Below, in pieces: positions 1-12,415 of a stretch of 64,000 bases of DNA. The DNA is from Pristiophorus japonicus (Eukaryota): contig NW_027252549.1 of NCBI RefSeq assembly GCF_044704955.1, positions 248,001 to 312,000 of the forward strand, read 5' to 3'. The notes under the pieces were generated by a model. The model was not told the origin of the DNA. It saw only the letters and a program-made list of their open reading frames with translations, and ran no database searches. A program made the translations under genes and the position numbers. Numbering within the stretch: position 1 is the stretch's first letter; every line of letters starts with the position of its first letter.

Positions 1-3000
1 TGCAAGGAAGGTAGTGAAGGAGTCCACTGCGGTCATCCCCCTGCAAAACAGATACACCGTTTTGAGCACTGTTGATGGGGATAACTCATCAGGGGAGGGC
101 AGCAGCAGCCAAGTTCATGGCACCGAAGGTGGATCTGCTGCACAGGAGGGCAGGATAAAGAGTAGGAGAGCGATAGTGATAGGGGATTCAATTGCAAGGG
201 GAATAGATAGGCGTTTCTGCGGCCGCAACCGGATCTCCAGGATGGTATGTTGCCTCCCTGGTGTAAAGGTCAAGGATGTCTCGGAGCGGGTGCAGGACAT
301 TCTGAAAAGGGAGGATGAACAGCCAGTTGTCGTGGTGCACATTGGTACCAACGATATAGGTAAAAAAAGCGATGAGGTCCTCCGAGACAAAATTAAGGAG
401 CTAGGAGCTTAATTAAAACGTAGGACCTCAAAAGTAGTAATCTCGGGATTGTTACCAGCGCCACGTGCTAGTCAGAGTAGGAATCGCAGGATAGCTCAAA
501 TGAATACGTGGCTTGAGCAATGGTGCAGCAGGGAGGGATTCAAATTACTGGGGCATTGGAACCGGTTCTGGGGGAGGTGGGACCAGTACAATGCGGACGG
601 TCTGCACCTAGGCAGGACCGGAACCAATGTCCTCGGGGGAGTGTTTGCTAGTGCTGTTGGGGAGGAGTTAAACTAATATGGCAGGGGGATGGGAACCAAT
701 GCAGGGAGACAGAGGGAAACAGAAAGGAGACAAAAGCAAAAGACAGAAAGGAGATGCGTAAATGTGGAGGGCAGAGAAACCCAAGGCAAAAAACATAAAG
801 GGCACTGTACAGCAAAATTCTAAAAGGATAAAGGCTGTTAAAAAAACAAGCCTGAAGGCTTTGTGTCTCAATGTAACGAGTATCCGTAATAAGGTGGAAG
901 AATTAACTGTGCAAATAGATGTGAACAGATATGATGTGATTGGGATTACAGAGACGTGGGTCCAGGATGATCAGGGCTGGGAACTCAACATCCATGGGTA
1001 TTCAACATTCAGGAAGGATAGAATAAAAGGAAAAGGAGTTGGGGTAGCATTGCTGGATAAGAGGAGATCAATGCAATAGTTAGGAAGGACATTAACGTGG
1101 ATGATGTGGAATCTATATGGATGGAGCTGCAGAACACCAAAGGGCAAAAAACGTTAGGGGGAGTTGTGTACAGACCTCCAAACAGTACTGGTGATGTTTA
1201 GGAGGGCATCAAACAGGAAATTAGGGGTGCATGCAATAAAGATGCAGCAGTTATAATGGGTGACTTTAATATGCATTTAGATTGGGCTAACCAAACTGGA
1301 AGCAATACGGTGGAAGAGGATTTCCTGGAGTGCATAAGTTATGGTTTTCTAGACCAATATGTCGAGAACCAACTAGGGGGGAGGCCATCTTCGACTGGGT
1401 GTTGTGTAATGAGAGAGGATTAATTAGCAATCTCGTTGTGCGAGGCCCCTTGGGGAAGAGTGAGCATAATATGGTGTAATTCTACATTAGGAAGGAGAAT
1501 TAAACAGTGAAGTCAGAGACCATGATCCGGAACTTAAAGAAGGGTAACTTTGAAGGTATGAGGCGTGAATTGGCTGGGATAGATTGGCGAATGATACTAA
1601 AGGGGTTGACTGTGGATGGGCAATGGCAGACATTTAGAGACCACATGGATGATCGACAACAATGGTACATTCGTGTCTGGCGTAAAAATGAAAACAGGAA
1701 GGTGACTCAACCGTGGCTATCAAGGGAAATCAGGGTTAGTATTAAAGCCAAGGAAGTGGCATACAAATTGGCCAGAAATAGCAGTGAACCTGGGGACTGG
1801 GAGAAATTTAGAACTCAGCAGAGGAGGACAAAGGGTTTGATTAGGGCAGGGAAAATGGAGTACGAGAAGAAGCTTGCAGGGAACATTAAGACAGACTGCA
1901 AAAGTGTCTATAGATATGTAAAGAGAAAAAGGTTAGTAAAGACAAACGTAGGTACCCTGCAGTCAGAATCAGGGGATGTCATAACGGGAAACATAGAAAT
2001 GGCAGACCAATTGAACAAGTACTTTGGTTCAGTATTCACAAAGGAGGACACAAACAACCTTCCGGATATAAAAGGGGTCAGAGGGTCTAGTAAGAAGGAG
2101 GAACTGAGGGAAATCCTTATTAGTCGGGAAATTGTGTTGGGGAAATTGATGGGATTGAAGGCCGATAAATCCCCAGGGCCTGATGGATTGCATCGCAGAG
2201 TACTTAAGGAGGTGGCCTTGGAAATAGCGGATGCATTGACAGTCATTTTCCAACATTCCATCGACTCTGGATCAGTTCCTATCGAGTGGAGGGTAGCCAA
2301 TGTAACCCGACCTTTTAAAAAAGGAGGGAGAGAGAAAACAGGGAATTATAGCCCGGTCAGTCTGACCTCAGTAGGGGGTAAAATGATGGAATCAATTATT
2401 ATGGATATAAGAGCAGCGCATTTGGAAAAAGCTGACATGATAGGTCCAAGTCAGCATGTTTTGTGAAAGGGATATCATGCTTGACAAATTTCTGGAATTT
2501 TTTGAGGATGTTTCCAGTTGAGGGGACAAGGGAGAACCAGTTGATGCGGTATATTTGGACTTTCAGAAAGCTTTCGACAAGGTCCCACACAAGAGATAAA
2601 TGTGCAAAGTTAAAGCACATGGGATTGGGGGTAGTGTGCTGACGTGGATTGAGAACTGGTTGTCAGACAGGAAGCAAAGAGTAGGAGTCAATGGGTACTT
2701 TTCAGAATGGCAGACAGTGACAAGTGGGGTACCGCAAGGTTCTGTGCTGGGTTCCTAGCTGTTTACACTGTACATTAATGATTTAGACGAGGGGATTAAA
2801 TGTACTAACTCCAAATTTGCGGTTGACACTAAGTTGGGTGGCAGTGTGAGCTGCGAGGAGGATGCTATGAGGCTGCAGAGTGACTTGGATAGGTTAGGTG
2901 AGTGGGCAAATGCATGGCAGATGAAGTATAATGTGGATAAATGTAAGGTTATCCACTTTGGTGGTAAAAACAAAGTGACAGACTATTATCTGAATGGTGA

Positions 3001-3760
3001 CAGATTAGTAAAACGGGAGGTGCAATGAGACCTGGGTGTCATGGTACATCAGTCATTGAAAGTTGGCATTCAGATACATAATTCAGTTAAGAATGCAAAT
3101 GGCATGTTGGCCTGCATAGCGAGGGGATTTGAGTACAGGGGCAGGGACGTGTTGCTACAGTTGTACAGGGCCTTGGTGAGGCCACACCTGGAGTATTGTG
3201 GACAGTTTTGGTCTCCTAACTTGAGGAAGGACATTCATGCTATTGAGGGAGTTCAGCAGAGGTTCACCAGACAGATTCCCGGGATGGCAGGACTGACAAT
3301 GCAAGAAAGATTGGAACAACTGGGCTTGTATTCACTGGAGTTCAGAAGAATGAGAGGGGATCTCAGTGAAACGTTTAAAATTCTGATGGTTTGAGAAAGG
3401 TTTGATGCAGGAATAATGTTCCCAATGTTGGGGAAGTCCAGAACCAGGGGTCACAGTCTAAGGATAAGGGGTAAGCCATTTAGGACCGAGATGAGGAGAC
3501 ACTGCTTCACCCAGAGAGTGGTGAACCTGTGGAATTCTCTACCACAGAAAGTTGTTGAGGCCAATTCATCAAATATATTCAAAAAGGAGTTAGATGAAGT
3601 CCTTACTACTCGGGGGATCAAGGGGTATGGTGAGAAAGCAGGAATGGGGTACTGAAGTTGCATGTTCAGCCATGAACTCATTGAATGGCAGTGCAGGCTA
3701 GAAGGGCTGAATGGCCTACTCCTGCACATATGTTCTAAGTTTATATGTTTCTATGTTTCT
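1..3760 (+). mobile_element. CR1-clade (HER1-like) LINE, near full length, degenerate; ORF1 SGNH esterase and ORF2 APE-RT
   Basis: ORF1 motifs IVIGDSIARG, VHIGTNDIG, DGLHL. ORF2 has an APE start (LCLNVTSIRNK, IGITETW), RT-region KSPGPDG and NYSPVSLTS, and C-terminal LVRPHLEYC...LYSLEFRRMRGDL...TRGHSL. 3' UTR ends in a TTTCTATG-type tail near 3730-3760. Multiple stops and frameshifts. Confidence 0.95.
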
Positions 3761-6700
3761 ATTCTTCTAAACTCCAGTGGATACAAGCCCAGTTGATCCT
3801 CATATGTCAGTCCTGCAATCGCAGGAATCAATCTGGTGAACTTTCGCTGTACTCCCTCAAAAGCACGAACATCCTTGCTGAGATAGGAGACCAAAACTGA
3901 ACACAATATTCCAGGAGTGTCCTCACCAAGGCCCTGTACAACTGCAGTATGACCTTCCTGCTCCTTTACACAAATCCACTTGCTATGAAGGGCAACATGC
4001 CATTTGCCTCTTCACCACCTGCTGTACCGATATGCCAAACTTCAATGACTGATGTACCATGACACCCAGGTTTCGGTGCACCTCCCCTTTTCCTAATCTG
4101 TCACGATTCAGATAATATTCGGTCTTCCTGTTTTTGCCACCGAAGTGGATAACCTCACATTTATCCACATTATACTTTATCTGCCATCCATTTGCCCACT
4201 CAATTAACCTGTCCAAGTCTCCCTGCAGTCTCTTCACATCATCCTGACAGCTCACACCGCCACCCAGCTTAGTGTCATCTGCAAACTTGGAGATATTACA
4301 TTCAATTCCTTCATCTCAATCATTGATTTACATTGTAACAGGCTGGTGTCCCAGCACTGAACCCTTCGGCAGCCCACTGTGCACTGCCTGCATTTCTGAA
4401 AAGGACCCGTTTATTCTGAATCGCTCCTTCCAGTCTGCCAACTAGTTCTCTATTCACGTCAATACATTACCCCCAATATAATGTGCTTTAATTTTACACG
4501 CTAGTTTCTTGTGTGGGACCTTGTCAAAAGCCTTTTAAAAGTCCAAATACACCACATCCACTGGTTCTCCCTTTTCCACTCTACTATTTACATCCTAAAT
4601 ACATTCTAGAAGATTTGTCAAGCATGATTTCCTTTTCATAATTCCATGCTGACTAGGACCGATCCTGCCACTGTTTCCAAAACGGCTGCTATTTCATCTT
4701 TAATAATTGATTCCAACATTTTCCCCACCACCGATGTTAGGCAAACCGATGTATAATTTCAAGTTTTCTCTCTCCCTCCTGTTTTAAAAAGTGGTGTTGC
4801 ATTAGCTACCCTCCAATTGAAAGGAACTGATCCAGAGTCAAAGGAATATTGAAAAATGATCACCAATGCATCCACTATTTCGAGTGCCACTTCCTTTATT
4901 ACTCTGGGATGCAGCCAATCAGGCCCTGGTGATTTATCAGCCTTCAATCCGATCAAATTCCCGAACACAATTTCCTGACTAATAAGGATTTCCTTCCCTT
5001 CCTCCTTTTCACAGACCTTCGAAACACTAGTATTTCTGGAAGATTATTTGCGTCTTCGTTAGTGGAGACAGATCGAAAGTTTTTGTTCAATTGCTCTGTC
5101 ATTTCTTTGTTCCCCTTTGTAACTTCATCTGATTCTGTCTGCAAAAGACCTACGTTGGTCGTCACTAATCTTTTTTCTCTCCACGCATCTATAGATGCTT
5201 TTGCAGTCAGTTTTTATATTCCCAGCTAGCGTCCTCTCATACACTATTATAATACCCCTAATTAAACCCGTTGTCCTCTGATGAATTCTAAATTTCACCC
5301 AGTCCTCAGGTTTGCTGGTTATTCTCACTAATTTATATGCCTCTTCCTTGGATTTAACACTCTCTCTAATTTCCCTTGTTCGCCACGGTTGTTCTACCTT
5401 CCCCTATTTATTTTTACTCCAGACAGGGATGTACAATTGTTGAAGTTCATCCATGTAATCGATAAATTTCTGCCATTGCGTATCCACTGTCAACCCTTCA
5501 AGCATCATTTGCCAGTCTATCCTACCCAATCCACGTCTCATACCATCGAAGTAACCTTTCCTTAAATTCAGGACCCTTCCGGGGGAGTCGCACAACAAGA
5601 TTGCTGATTGGTCCTCTCTCATTACACAACACCCAGTCGAGGTTGGCCAGCTCTCTCGTTGATTCCTCGACATATTGGTCTCAAAAGCCATCACTAATAC
5701 ACTCCAGGAATTCCTCCTCCACCGCATTGCTACCAGTTTTGTTAGCCCAATCTATCTGTAGAATAAAGCCGCCCATGATAACTGCCGTACCTTCATTGCA
5801 AACATCCCTAATTTCTTTTGATGCCATCTCCAACCTCGTTACTACTGTTTCGTTGCCTGGACACAACTCTCACTCGCGTTTTCTGTATTTTGCCATTCCG
5901 TAGCTGTAACTATCCGGATTCCACATCATTCAAGTTAATGTCCCTTCTTACTATTGCGCTTATTTCCTCTTTAACAAACAACGCCAATTCACCTCCCTTT
6001 CCTTTCTGTCTGTGCTTCCTGAATGTTGAATACCCTGGATGTTGAGTTCCCAGCCTTGGTCACCCTGGAGCCATGTCTCTGTGATCCCAATTATATTATA
6101 ATCATAAAGAGCTACCTGAGCAGTTAATTTATCCACTTTATTCTGAATACTCCTCGCATTGAGGCACTGAGCTTCAGACTTGTCTTTGTATCCGTCTGTT
6201 TCCATTGAGAATTTTTCTGTAATCTGGTCCTTTTTATTTTTGCGTTGGGTTTCTCTGCCCTCCACTTTTGCTATTCTCCTTTCTATCTTTTGCTTCTGCC
6301 CCCATTTTACTTCCCTCTGAATCTCTGCTTGGGTCCCCATTCCTGCCATATTAGTTTAACCCCTCCGCAACAGCACGAGCAAACACTCCCCCATGACATT
6401 TGTTGCGGTCCTGCCCAGGTGCAGACCGTCCGGTTTGTACTGGTCCCACCTCCCAGAAAACAGGTTCCAATGTCACAGGAATTTGAATTGCTCTCTTTGC
6501 ACCACTCCTCAAGCCACAGATCCATCTGAGCTATCCTGCGATTCCGACTCTGACTGGCACGTGGCACTGATATCAATCCTCAGATTGCTATCTTTGAGGT
6601 TTTACTTTTAAATTTAACACCTAGCTCCCTAAATTCAGTTTGTAGGTCCTCATCCTGCTTTTTACCTATATCGTTGGTACCTATATGCACAATTACAACT

Positions 6701-6933
6701 GGCTGTTCACCCTCCCCCTTCAGAAAGCCCTGCATCTGCTTCGAGACATCCTTGACCCTTGCACCAGGTGGCAACATACCATCCTGGATTCTCGGTTCCT
6801 ACCGCAGAAACGCCTATCTATTCCTTTTACAATTTAATCGCCTATCACTGTTGCTCTTCCATTCTTTATCCTGCCCTCCTGTGCAGCAAAGCCACCCACG
6901 GTGCCACGAACTTGGCTGCTGCTTCCTTCTCCT
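3761..6933 (-). mobile_element. CR1/HER1-like LINE, antisense, internally deleted, 3' end cut off by the upstream element
   Basis: Minus-strand fragments of ORF1 (VHIGTNDIGKK), APE (CLNARSIQNKVD, IGITETWLQ), RT (KSPGPDWLHPRV) and RLQGDLDRL..KYNVDKC. Confidence 0.93.
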
Positions 6934-7810
6934 CGTGGTGCGATGACACACCCTTGATTATCCCCGGTCTGTATATGGAATGGTTCTGTGGTGGATGCCT
7001 TGACCGGGAGCACGGATTACATTTCATCCTTCAGACGGTGGAGCATGGTGACAAACCTTGAAGTGCAGCCGAATCTGAGGAGGACGCTGCATAAACCCTC
7101 ATGGTTGACAGCGTTGGAGGATTTTGTGAGTTTAAAATAGGCCATGTGCAAGTATTGGAGCTATTCGCTGCATTTGTCTAGTATCTGCCGCGTGGTGAAG
7201 ATGATATCCATTGTGCCAAATAGTGGGCAGAATCCACATTGCGAAACTGGGAGGAGTTCTTCAGCCACAGGGAGAAGGTGGTTGAGGAGAATACTTGCGA
7301 TGACTTTGCCTTTGCTTGAGAGCAGCGAGATTCCTCTGTCATTGCCGCAGTCAGACATGTCACCTTTCTTCAAGATCATCGCAATTAAATCTACTCCGAG
7401 ATCTCCTGGCATGATCTCCTCCTTCCAGATAAGGTCATGAATACGTGACATTAGTGCTTCGCCGCCAAGTTCAGTACTTCCAAGGGGATTCATTCTGCTC
7501 CATAGGCCTTGTTGTTTTTAGTTGTCGGAAGGCGTTTGCAAACTCGTGCCGAGCTGTGATTGTGCCAAGGAGGTGATGGGTAGCATGCTGTGGGTTGATG
7601 TCAAGGACAATCACGTCGAAGGCGGATTCTTTGTTGCGAAGATCCTCGAAGTATTCTTTCCAGCCAGCAGCGGCAGCCTCACTGTCCTTGATGAGCAGCT
7701 CTCTGTTCTTGGCTTTCAGTGGAATAAGACCCTGAGCCACCGGTTCTACTCCACTGAAAAATCCACCCACTTCGTGATTTTCGGCTAGATGCTAAATCTC
7801 CTGCGCTATT
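6934..7810 (-). mobile_element. RTE-clade LINE fragment (RT N-terminal part)
   Basis: KKGDMSDCGNDRGISLLSSKGKVIASILLNHLLPVAEELLPVSQCGF and WKEYFEDL are typical RTE RT motifs. Confidence 0.9.
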
Positions 7811-7849
7811 AATTATCTATTAGTTGTAGTTTCTTTATTACAATCACGT

Positions 7850-9290
7850 TCTCTATTAGTGTGAGGCTCAATAATAGTTTGAGGGGCTGTATTAATTTGA
7901 AGGGCTGCATTAGTTTCAGTTTCTCTAATAGTTTGAGGTGTATTATTTTAGGTGGCTGTATTTGTTTGAGGTTCTCATATTGGTTTGAGTTTCTTTCATA
8001 GTTTGAGGTTGTATATTAGCTTGAGTTTCTATAAATGGTGGAAAAGTTATATTATTTGACGCTGCTGTATTTATATGAGATTCAGTATTAATTTGAGGGT
8101 CTTTATCAGTTTGAGGGGCTGTAGTATTTTGAGGTTCTCTAGTAGTTTGCGGTTACCTATTAGTTTGAGGATCTTTATTGTCTTAGGGGCTGTATTTGTT
8201 TCACGTTCACTATTAGTTCCAGGGGCTGTATTAGTTTTAGGGACTGTATTAGTTTGAGGGGCTGTATTAGTTTGAGGGAATGTATTAGTTTGAGGGAATG
8301 TATTAGTTTGAGAGTCTGTATTAGTTTGAGGGGTTGTATTAGTTTGAGGGACTGTATTAGTTTGAGGGGCTGCATTAGTTTCAGGTTTTATATTAGTTTG
8401 AGTTTCTGTATTCGTTTGAGTTTCTCTATTAGTTTGGGTTACTCTATTATTTTTAGTTTCTCTATTAGTTTGAGTTTCTCTAATAGTTTGAGGGACTGTA
8501 TTAAATTGATGGGCTGTGTTAGGTTAAGTTTCTCTTTTAGTCTGAGGTGCTGTCTTTGATTGGGCTGTCTTATTTTGATGTTTGATATTAATTTCATGTT
8601 TATTATTACTTTGAGGGACTGTATTAGTTTGAGTCTCTCGATTTGTTTTGAATATTTGTATTATTTTGATCCTCCCTCGTAGTTTAAGTTTCTCTATTAG
8701 TTAGAGTGGATTATTTTGAGGGCCCCTATTAATTTTTGAACATTAGTTTCAGCTTCTCTCTGAGTTGATTTTCAATATTAGTGTGAGTTTCGCGAATAGT
8801 TTAGTGTCTCTGTTAGTTTGAGGGTCTGTATTAGTTTTAGTTTCTTTATTATGTTGAGGGTCCGTGTTATTCTGAGGTTCTCTATAGATTTATTAAAAAT
8901 TCGTTTGATATTCTTTACTGGTTTGAGGTTCTCTATTTCTTCGAGGTTCTCTTTTAGTTTGATGTTATTTTTCGCTTGAGGGGATGTATTAGTTTTAGTT
9001 TTAGTTTGAGGTACCATGTAATTTTAAAGGGTTGTTTTAGTTTGAGGTTATCTTGATTAGAGGGGCTGTACTAGTTGGAGATTCTCTATTAGTTTGATGT
9101 ACTGTATTATTTTGAGTGTCTGTATGATGAGAAGTGCTGTATTAGTTTGCATTGTTTTTGCTGTATGAGATTGTGGTGCTGTATTATTTTTAGGTAATCT
9201 ACGAGTATGAAGCACTGCCTGTGTATGAGCTGTTGTATGGGTATGAGAGGCTTAATTAATATGAGGGCCTGTATTAGTTTGAGGACTATC
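7850..9290. repeat. 18-bp minisatellite (consensus ~GAGGGGCTGTATTAGTTT), purest at 8220-8400 and decaying outward
   Basis: Repeated TATTAGTTTGAG at 18-nt spacing. The minus strand translates as (LKLIQP/S)n in short ORFs. Confidence 0.9.
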
Positions 9291-9439
9291 ATAGACGTTT
9301 CCCACTTTAATTGTTGAACTGGATTTCCGTAGTTAAAGAGATCAGCCACTTCCTAGCCCGCAGTAGAACAGCCTTGAGTAGGACATTCTAACATTTGTTC
9401 TTGAAGTACTGAATGCCTGCATTTAAAAGAGCAGCCACG

Positions 9440-9780
9440 ACCCCCATTCTGGCACAGCAGCTCTGAGAGAGAAACTCTAACATTGGGAATGTAATTACTG
9501 AATATCGACAGTTAAAGCAGTCACCCACATCACAGAGTGCAGTAGAGCAGCCCTGAGAGAGAAACTCTAACATTGGGAATGTAATTTCTGAATATCGACA
9601 GTTAATGAAGTAACCCACATCACAGAGTGCAGGAGAACAGCCCTGAGAGAGAAACTCTAACATTGGGAATGTAATTTCTGAATAGCGACAGTTAAAGCAG
9701 TCACCCACATCACAGAGTGCAGTAGAGCAGCCCTGAGAGGGGAACTCCAACATTGGGAATGTAATTACTGAATGGCCACA
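9440..9780. repeat. 90-bp tandem repeat, about 3.7 highly similar copies
   Basis: AAACTCTAACATTGGGAATGTAAT recurs at about 9472, 9562, 9652 and 9742. Confidence 0.92.
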
Positions 9781-10067
9781 GCAGAGTAATGGACATCACC
9801 TGAAACAATATGCGATTCCCCAGTTTGGCCTGATGGTTTTTGAAACAATAGCCCTATATGCTTGGAGAAAACAGCTGGAAAATTTCATAAGTTAATTAAC
9901 ATGCGCAGAATTGTCCAGTCTTTGGGATTTCCAATCTGAATCTCAGCAGTAAATATATCCGTGAACAACAGGGAATTAAATCGGCTGTGGTAATTTGTTT
10001 GTTCAAGGTTTTAAAATAACTATTTTGATCGATGTTGCAACCTCAATGTCCCCGTGGAGAGACCGCA

Positions 10068-10083
10068 GGGTATAACTTAAAGG
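10068..10083 (+). promoter_or_regulatory. Possible TATA-like element upstream of GPCR exon 1
   Basis: GGGTATAACTTAAAGG lies about 90 nt 5' of the ATG at 10163. Positional inference only. Confidence 0.25.
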
Positions 10084-10162
10084 CGCTGGAATTTTACCAC
10101 ATCAGAGTATAATTCAGGGAGATTGCCTGCAGCACAAAGGGGCTCATCGCTTCACACAGAAA

Positions 10163-10226
10163 ATGCTTCCAATTGAACTTGCCAAGAAAATATGCGACAC
10201 TTTCATTGCAGTCATTGGTGTTCCTG
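10163..10226 (+). CDS. Coding exon 1 of GPR139/GPR142-like class A GPCR (MLPIELAKKICDTFIAVIGVP)
   Basis: ATG in AAAATGC context, open frame encoding the first half of TM1, ending CCTG|GTAAGT (consensus donor). The phase-1 join to TG at 16315 restores the TM1 motif IGVP-V-NLVAIVIL. Confidence 0.85.
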
Positions 10227-10549
10227 GTAAGTGACTATAACTATTGAAGTTGTGCAAAACTGTGTTTGAGCTGGTCTCTGGTTTTGCTCTGTGACTGATA
10301 ATGTTACATCCTTGACTAGTGGTCACCGGTATAGACACATGATCGGTGAATTCATCCCGTTCAGTCAAATGGCCTGTATAAACACTGCGGTTTGATTCAA
10401 TTGCTCCATCTGAACATAAATTGTGTGTTTAACCAACAGGCCGATTGTTTTATCAAGATATTTTCTTTCGTGGAATATTGTGTACTTTTCAATCAGTCCT
10501 TACTCCGCGCAACTATCTGAGAGCAGGTATTAGTATGAATGTCGATCAC

Positions 10550-11158
10550 AGTGGGATTTACTGAGTGTGAGTCTCTACCCGGCGTGGAACATGATACCCC
10601 AGTAATCATGTAATGCTGGGAGTGTCTCTCACTGTACGATGTCCTGAGAATTGATCATTAACCGGTGTGGAACACCGTTCACCAGTGACCATTTATTATT
10701 GGGAATGTCCGGCTCTGTAGGATATATTGAGTGTGGGTCAATACCCGGCGTGGAACATCATACCCCAGTGATTATGTATTACTGGGAGTGTATGTCACTG
10801 TAGGATATACTGAGTGTGGATCACTAACCGGTGTGGAACACCGTACCCCAGTGACCATGTATTACTGGGAGTGTCATTCACTGTAGGATATACTCAGTGT
10901 GGTTCACTAACCGGTGTGGATCACTGTACTCCAGTGACCATGTATTACTGGGAGTGTATTTCACTGTAGGATGTGCTCAGAGTGGGTAACTAACCAGAGT
11001 GGAACACCGTACCAGAGTGACCATGTATTACTGGGAGTGTGTATCACTGTAGGAGATACTCAGTGTGGGTAACTAACCAGAGTGGAACACTGTACCCCAG
11101 TGACCATGTATTACTGCGAGTGTCTGTCACTGTAGGATGAACTCAGTGTGGGTCACTA
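10550..11158. repeat. 83-bp tandem repeat, about 7 copies, in GPCR intron 1
   Basis: ACTGGGAGTG...TCACTGTAGGATATACT..GTGTGG..CACTAACC..TGTGGAACAC.GTACCCCAGTGACCATGTATT recurs at about 10781, 10864, 10947, 11030 and 11113. Confidence 0.92.
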
Positions 11159-11995
11159 TTTCTTGTACTTCCGCTTCTGAGGCGTACCCTCGGAGTCGAG
11201 GATGCCTCGATTTCACACTACAAATTAGTTCCCTGACTGCTGAAAAGTCAAATGCATGACCTACTTTCTCTGTCACAGGAGGGGCAGACGATGGTTGAAC
11301 GAACGGGAGTGTTGGGTGCCTGGGTTGCTGCGCGTTCCTTCTGCTATCTCCGCTTTCTTCAGCTTGCTCTGGGCGATAAGACTCGAGGTGCTCTGCACCG
11401 TGCGGATGCTTTTCCTTCACTTTGGGCTGGTTTGGGCCAGGGGATTGCCAGGTGTAGACGGGGACGTTGCAATTATTCAAGGAGGTTTTGATTGTGTCAT
11501 TGTGCGTTTCCTCTACCCACCTGTGGCTCTTTTGCAATAACGAATCACCGAGTAGAGCGTTTGCTTTTTGAATCTCATGTCAGGCACACCGACGATGTGG
11601 CCGGACAACAGAGCGGCTCGACTGTGGCCAATGATTCAATGCTGGGGATGGTGCCCTGACCGAAAACACTGACGTTGGTGCAACACTCCGGCCAATTAAT
11701 TTAGAGGAAATTGTGGAGGCAGCATTGGTACTTCTCCAGTGCTTTGAGGTGCCTGCTGTAAATATTCCATTTCTCTGAAGCAGATAGGCAGGCGGGTATC
11801 ACTCCTGCCTTGTGGACCATGAGTTTGGTCCGGGGTTTGATGTCCTGGTCTTCAATCACTTGCTTCCTCAGGCATCCGAAGGCAGTACTGGCACACTGAA
11901 GGCAATTTTGGACTTTGCCATCAAAGTCTGCCCTTGTTGACAGTCGGCTCCCGAGGTATGGAAAATGGTCCACATTATACAGTGTACAGCCCAGT
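11159..11995 (-). mobile_element. RTE-clade LINE 3' fragment
   Basis: DHFPYLGSRLS...AFGCLRKQV..TKLMVHKA (RTE RT C-terminus), plus an RTE-like 3' UTR ending near 11160. Confidence 0.88.
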
Positions 11996-12415
11996 AATCC
12001 CGAGCTTCCCTGAAGCGGATGGCGAATTTCCCTGCGCCTATCCCCGCTGATACATTCTGAGTGCCCAATTTACAATTTAATTCACTCGCCATTCACACTT
12101 GAAGTCCTCTCGCCCTCACCGGGTTTGGGCTGGGAATGAAAACCCTTGCAGGTTGCTGATCCTGTTCTTGACGCCAGTGCTCTACCCCTGCTGAAAGTAC
12201 AAGTGCTGGACCGCTGGTCTGAACAATGTTCCATCTCCACACTCCAATGGTATCGGTATGGGAGCTCAGATGGTTCCTAGCTCTGCTGCCTTTTCTTGGG
12301 ATACAAGGAACCTTCGCTGTTCCAATTCTACTCCGGTCCCCTCCTTCACATATTGTTCATGTACATTGATGACTGTGTTCGCGCAATTTCCTTTTCTTGC
12401 CATGAACTGGAAAAT

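Noticed and set aside
14-676. Host GDSL/SGNH esterase gene (also 29931-30620)
   Set aside because: It is the known esterase domain of CR1 ORF1, directly upstream of APE-RT and broken by stops.
1507-2466. 319-aa ORF as an intact gene or active LINE
   Set aside because: It is an internal piece of ORF2 flanked by stops and frameshifts. No intact ORF2 exists in the window.
8075-8559. Repetitive (LKLIQP)n or (ISLRGC)n protein
   Set aside because: These are short ORFs arising from an 18-bp minisatellite, with no splice or start context.
9530-9570. V(D)J recombination signal-like CACAGAG + 22/23 nt + AGAAACTCT in the 90-bp repeat
   Set aside because: The heptamer is imperfect, the nonamer matches only about 5/9, and no V, D or J segments are adjacent.
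9440-11158. CRISPR-like array interpretation of the 90-bp and 83-bp repeats
   Set aside because: Whole units repeat with no unique spacers, there are no cas genes, and the context is vertebrate.
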